Origin: Candidatus Latescibacterota bacterium
Lineage (GTDB): Bacteria > Latescibacterota > UBA2968 > GCA-2709665
Length of the DNA stretch: 64,000 nucleotides
Reading direction: 5' to 3'
Assembly (NCBI GenBank): GCA_965237675.1
Contig: OZ250150.1
Location: forward strand, 224,001 to 288,000
Under the pieces are notes generated by a model. The model saw nothing but the letters and a program-made list of their open reading frames with translations, did not search any database and was not told the origin of the DNA. Shown here one piece after another: positions 60,037-64,000 of this stretch; position 1 is the stretch's first letter; every line of letters starts with the position of its first letter. The position numbers were made by a program, and so were the translations under genes.

Positions 60037-60777
60037 TTACCGCACCGCATTCGAATACCAGCCCTTCCAGGCTGGTTTCCAACCCCGGAACAACGCGATA
60101 TATAACGGGTTGGTCCATAGCAGGATCTTCCACACCGGCCACTTGTCGAAGCGCCGGCAGGATGGTTTTACCCGCAGTTCTCCAATAAATCGGACTGTCT
60201 GACCGGTTGACCTAGCAAAGAAGTCGACGTCTTCGCCTATCCAGGCCCCCTCGTCGTAGCCGCCTGTTTGCTCGAAGACACATTTGCGACAGAATTGCGT
60301 GGCGCCCTGAACCATCCCCGTAACGCGACCGAACAGCCGCCAGGCTTGCAGATAGACCCGGATAGAGTAACGCCGTGGATGATAGTCGACGTCCACACCC
60401 CCTCCGACACATTTCGGATCGCCCATCGCCGTGCAAATCACCTGGAGAAGGGCGCACGGTACGACGACGTCCGCATCGATGAAAATGAGTACCTCCCCGG
60501 TGGCGTGGCGCGCGCCTGCGTTACGTGCCCGGGAGATGCTCTGTACCGGCTCGCGAACAACCGCCGCTCCCTTCGCTCGCGCGACGGCCGCGGTGGCATC
60601 CCTGCTGTTGTTGTCAACGACAATCGTCTCGACGTCTACGTCAGTACCCGCACGGACCATTTCTGCGGCATCATGGATCGAGTCCAGCGTCGCCGCGAGA
60701 TAGGCCTCCTCGTTGAAGGCGGGGATAATAACCGTCATCCGGAGACCGGAATGCTTCGCTTCATTGCCGACCGACAT
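60037..60777 (-). CDS. Glycosyltransferase family 2
   Basis: VIIPAFNEE, VVDNNS.D, ARNAGA, FIDAD, GGYDE...EDVDF. Confidence 0.88.
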   Translation of the reverse strand: MSVGNEAKHSGLRMTVIIPAFNEEAYLAATLDSIHDAAEMVRAGTDVDVETIVVDNNSRDATAAVARAKGAAVVREPVQSISRARNAGARHATGEVLIFIDADVVVPCALLQVICTAMGDPKCVGGGVDVDYHPRRYSIRVYLQAWRLFGRVTGMVQGATQFCRKCVFEQTGGYDEGAWIGEDVDFFARSTGQTVRFIGELRVKPSCRRFDKWPVWKILLWTNPLYIALFRGWKPAWKGWYSNAVR

Positions 60778-60829
60778 CAGATCTTCCAGGGATCTTGCCC
60801 GGCGGGAACAAAAACGCCAGATTTGGAAT

Positions 60830-61276
60830 TTATACAGCGCTGCACCCCGCCACCGGATTGCCTGGGATGCCTACGGAACAAGCAAGAATGACTACAAATG
60901 AAACTTCAAATGCGTAAAACACGACGAGTGTCACTGAGAAAATGGTTGCCATCCAGGAATGTCTCGGCTTGTCCTTATGCTGGCCCGGGTTCATGGAAAA
61001 GTCTGTCTCGTCCTGCTGTCGGACACGGTCGTATTCGGCGCGAAACAACCGCTCCTGCCACAGGAAATACCCATCCAATATCCAAAATCCGATTACGGGT
61101 ACGATAAGCGTCAATGCCAAAAGAGGCTGGTCTGTTCCGAGTCGCACCATTAATACGGCTCCAGCGACGAGGACGGTCATGCTCCAACCCTTGAGTAGGA
61201 ATGCATTGGCACCTAAGCGATTTACGACGCCCTGGATAAATTCCAAGTGCTTTACGACTCGTTCAGAGTTATTCAT
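60830..61276 (-). CDS. Small 3-TM membrane protein, candidate effector of the adjacent TIR proteins
   Basis: KHLEFIQGVVNRL..NAFLLKGW, FW.LDGYFL.QERLFR..YD.VR; GGAGG RBS; co-oriented with the TIR gene. Confidence 0.75.
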   Translation of the reverse strand: MNNSERVVKHLEFIQGVVNRLGANAFLLKGWSMTVLVAGAVLMVRLGTDQPLLALTLIVPVIGFWILDGYFLWQERLFRAEYDRVRQQDETDFSMNPGQHKDKPRHSWMATIFSVTLVVFYAFEVSFVVILACSVGIPGNPVAGCSAV

Positions 61277-61292
61277 TTGTCTTGTCCTCCGT

Positions 61293-61802
61293 CTAGTATC
61301 TCTTACGTGTGGCAATTGCGTCTTCAACCATACTCGAGAGGTTTCTGGAAATCCAACTATACCGATCCGTACTGTTCCAGCCCGATGGATTGTAGCAGGT
61401 CACAACTCTTGACATGAGTGTAAATGCCCCCGGAATCTGAATGTAGGAAAATGGAATGGAACCCATTATTGAGTTCTCGCCGAAAACATCCTTCAAACCA
61501 TGAATATACACACCCACAACGCCCATACCGCGATTCCAGGACTCGATGATTTCATAGTTTATCCACTTCCTATCTGCCGTGTTTGTCCCAGCAAGAACGA
61601 TCGTACATGACCTTCCAATCATCTGGCTCTTGATCCAATAGGCTATGGCCGCATCTCCTCTTCGCTTCACGACTTCCCAATCGTTGTCGGTCGCCGGCCT
61701 ATTACCTTCGATAACGCCGATATTGCGAACTTGGGAAGCCCGCCAGTTATCTTCCCTGTAGTAGAAGCTGTAAAACGCTCTTCTTTTTGGCCAGTTCGTC
61801 AT
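61293..61802 (-). CDS. ThsB-like TIR domain protein (DUF1863/MTH538)
   Basis: RRAFYSFYY..DNWRASQVRN, DNDWE.VK, SCTIVL.G..TA.RKWINYEI (catalytic Glu), G.GVVG.YIH. Confidence 0.9.
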   Translation of the reverse strand: MTNWPKRRAFYSFYYREDNWRASQVRNIGVIEGNRPATDNDWEVVKRRGDAAIAYWIKSQMIGRSCTIVLAGTNTADRKWINYEIIESWNRGMGVVGVYIHGLKDVFGENSIMGSIPFSYIQIPGAFTLMSRVVTCYNPSGWNSTDRYSWISRNLSSMVEDAIATRKRY

Positions 61803-61890
61803 TCTAAATCCAACTGGGAGTCGGTGAGACGCGCCGAGGACTACACTCGGCAACTATGGTTCGTCTTTCAGGATATGTACACGGGCAAAG

Positions 61891-62009
61891 GAGCCTGTCG
61901 GAGAACCCCAATTTTGTGCGATCATCATTCAATATATTGATTTTATATTCCCAAATAACACTATTTATTGTATGCCGGGAGATGCTGGCATAGGTATTCC
62001 GACAGGCAC
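61891..62009. repeat. Small AT-rich MITE-like element with GCCTGTCGGA terminal inverted repeats
   Basis: gcctgtcgga at 61893-61902 and tccgacaggc at 61998-62007. Confidence 0.45.
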
Positions 62010-62084
62010 CTAGTACCTGTTGACTTCTAATACTGCGCGTGCCTATAGTTTGATGTCTCCCCTCAAGACGAAGGAGCCATCGGC

Positions 62085-62540
62085 ATGCCGAAGAAATACG
62101 TTGTACGTCTGACGCCCGAAGAACGGGAGCGGCTGCAGGATCTGGTAAGCAAAGGCAAGACGCAAGCCTACCGAATAAGGCACGCCCACGTACTTCTCAA
62201 GGCCGATGCAGAGGGTCCGGCTTGGCTGGATCGGCAGATCGCGGAGGCCTTTTCGTGCAATCGGTCTACGGTTGAGGGCATCCGGAAGCGTTTTGTGTTG
62301 GAGGGCCTGGATTCGGCCCTTGAGCGAAAGAAGCGAGCCCATCCTCCCACCGAAAGAAAGCTGGATGGTGCTAAGGAAGCCCGATTGATCGCGTTGGCTT
62401 GCAGTGAACCTCCAAAGGGACATAAGCGGTGGACGCTGAAGCTGCTGGCCGATGAACTCGTGGCCCTGGAGATCATCGATAGCATCTCATACCGAACGGT
62501 GCAGCGGACGCTAAAAAAAACAAACTTAGGCCTCACCTGA
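62085..62540 (+). CDS. IS630 transposase, N-terminal HTH ORF
   Basis: KYVVRLT.EER, ACSEPP.G..RWTL.LLA; ends at the A8 slippery site 62513-62520. Confidence 0.9.
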   Translation: MPKKYVVRLTPEERERLQDLVSKGKTQAYRIRHAHVLLKADAEGPAWLDRQIAEAFSCNRSTVEGIRKRFVLEGLDSALERKKRAHPPTERKLDGAKEARLIALACSEPPKGHKRWTLKLLADELVALEIIDSISYRTVQRTLKKTNLGLT

Positions 62541-63220
62541 GAACGTGCTGGGTGATTCCGCCCAAGCAAAACGCCGCGTTTGTCGCCGCGATGGAGGATA
62601 TCCTGGACGTCTATCAGCGGCCGTACGACGCCAAGAGGCCCGTTGTCAATATGGACGAACACCCGGTCCAGTTGGTCAGGGAGACGCGTACTGTGATCGC
62701 AACACGTCCGGGCAAACCTGAACGCTACGACTACGAGTATGAACGTAACGGAACCGCCGTGAACTTCATGTTCACCGAACCGCTGGCGGGCTGGCGCAAG
62801 GTCCGTGTAAGACAACGCAAGACCGCGGTGGACTGGGCCCAAGAGATCAAGGATCTCCTTGATACTCACTACCGTGAAGCCGAAACCGTCGTCTTGGTGT
62901 GTGATAACCTCAACACGCACACGCCCGCGGCACTCTACAAGGCGTTCTCACCCGAAGAAGCTCGCCGTCTGGCCAAGCGTCTCGAAATCCACTACACGCC
63001 CAAACACGGGAGCTGGCTCAACATCGCCGAGATCGAACTCAGCGTCTTGAGCAACCAATGCTTGAAGGAACGCATCCCCGATATTGAATCCCTCAAAGAG
63101 CAGATTTCCGCCTGGACGAACGATCGCAACAACAAAAGCAAGGCTGTCCATTGGCGGTTCACGACCAACGATGCTCGGATCAAACTGAGAAAGCTGTACC
63201 CAGACTACGCGGCGCTTTAG
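62513..63220 (+). CDS. IS630 transposase, DDE ORF (joined by -1 frameshift)
   Basis: -1 frame continues KNKLRPHL...W.IPP; MDE, DYEYERNG, CDNLNTH, YTPKHGSWLNIAEIE. Confidence 0.9.
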   Translation, partial: KKNKLRPHLRTCWVIPPKQNAAFVAAMEDILDVYQRPYDAKRPVVNMDEHPVQLVRETRTVIATRPGKPERYDYEYERNGTAVNFMFTEPLAGWRKVRVRQRKTAVDWAQEIKDLLDTHYREAETVVLVCDNLNTHTPAALYKAFSPEEARRLAKRLEIHYTPKHGSWLNIAEIELSVLSNQCLKERIPDIESLKEQISAWTNDRNNKSKAVHWRFTTNDARIKLRKLYPDYAAL

Positions 63221-63247
63221 CCGTCAATGGGTACTAGTCATTCACAT

Positions 63248-63885
63248 TCATTCTTTAACAATTTTGCAAATCTCGTAGTCGTCAATGTTGTCTCTCAGTT
63301 GTTCTGCATCCCTAAGGTATTTTTCCTTTTCTGCAATAAAGTCACACCACTTTAATGAGTATATGTAGCTGGATGCGCCAGTATACACAGGATTGTCAGA
63401 TTTATGGTTTGGGCAACTGTTAAATTTGGGATTCTTTACATTAAACATATTGTCTCGTAGTATTTGAAACAGCTGGTTAGTGCATAAAGTTCTGCAGTGG
63501 CAATTTGAACAGGTGTCATCTTCAATATAGTAACCGTAGGAGGACGATCGATCCGGCAAGACTACAGCCAATATACCGTTTGTGCGACTCGTTCGACCAC
63601 CACGTGAGATTTCCTTAAGAGAGTAGGAGATTTCCCACGGAATCCATTGATCGGATTCACTTTGGTATTCGTCTCTCATATTGGGCGAAATCAACACGAG
63701 TGTGATGCTGCTATCGTAAATCTTGTCTTTTAAATGAGTAGCGATTGTATCATCCTTGAATTCGCTCAAGTCTTCATTTCCTTCTCCTTTGTATATTTCA
63801 TCGCCTTCAAATAAATCCACTATCTCATCCACATATGCGCGAGCAGTGGTTCCAGAGTTGAGGGGCTGCACAGCATCATCGTGAT
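63248..63885 (-). pseudogene. Second ThsB-like TIR protein, apparently 5'-truncated
   Basis: TARAYVD, IYKGE, LKDKIYDSSITLVLISPNM, DQWIPWEISYSL, TNGILAVVLP; the usual first strand (K.F.SY) is absent and an in-frame stop lies about 10 codons upstream of the GTG at 63871. Confidence 0.7.
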
Positions 63886-64000
63886 TAGCGACATTTAGAA
63901 ATCCGTTCTAACGACAATTAAAATTCCCGGTATGGCAAGCGGTTCGTAAACTAACCCAGACCCCTTCCCCAAGCGATAGGAGGGCTGGATGGTTACGGAC

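Larger units (their letters stand above)
62011..63236 (+). mobile_element. IS630-family insertion sequence, apparently intact
   Basis: Imperfect TIRs tagtacctgttgacttctaa / rc tagtacccattgacggctaa; CTAG context with TA at both ends; two transposase ORFs. Confidence 0.93.

Noticed and set aside
60200-60235. Possible short in-frame deletion in the GT2 after EDVDF
   Set aside because: It looks short relative to my recollection of the family, but this cannot be established without an alignment.

Overview
GC-rich bacterial chromosome segment. The gene content (GWxTD-type protein, DUF4159/DUF4175/MoxR/DUF58 block, LptD-like protein, PhyH dioxygenase) suggests an FCB-group organism such as Latescibacterota; this is inference only. 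A housekeeping core (priA, rodZ, maf, dtd, lptD-like, tRNA-Leu(TAG), lysA) is flanked by accessory regions. The most notable is a ~14 kb minus-strand locus (39.8-53.8 kb) that looks like an undescribed multi-peptide bacteriocin/RiPP-type system. It has four small double-glycine-leader precursors behind a canonical sigma54 promoter, five CPBP/Abi (CAAX) membrane proteases, a DUF3267-like HExxH membrane protease, a cNMP-C39-ABC transporter, HlyD, a PpiC-type PPIase, and a candidate promoter-driven structured RNA. Also present are a candidate defence operon (ABC ATPase + TOPRIM-like DUF4276 + Zn-ribbon/Vsr-like nuclease/RecQ helicase + coiled-coil), a Thoeris-like TIR-TIR-TM locus split by an IS630, a PD-(D/E)xK + PIN pair, a glutamate mutase operon collapsed by several deletions, a RAYT relic with REPs, and MITE-like repeats ending exactly on stop codons. 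All domain calls come from recognising motifs by eye; no database search was run.
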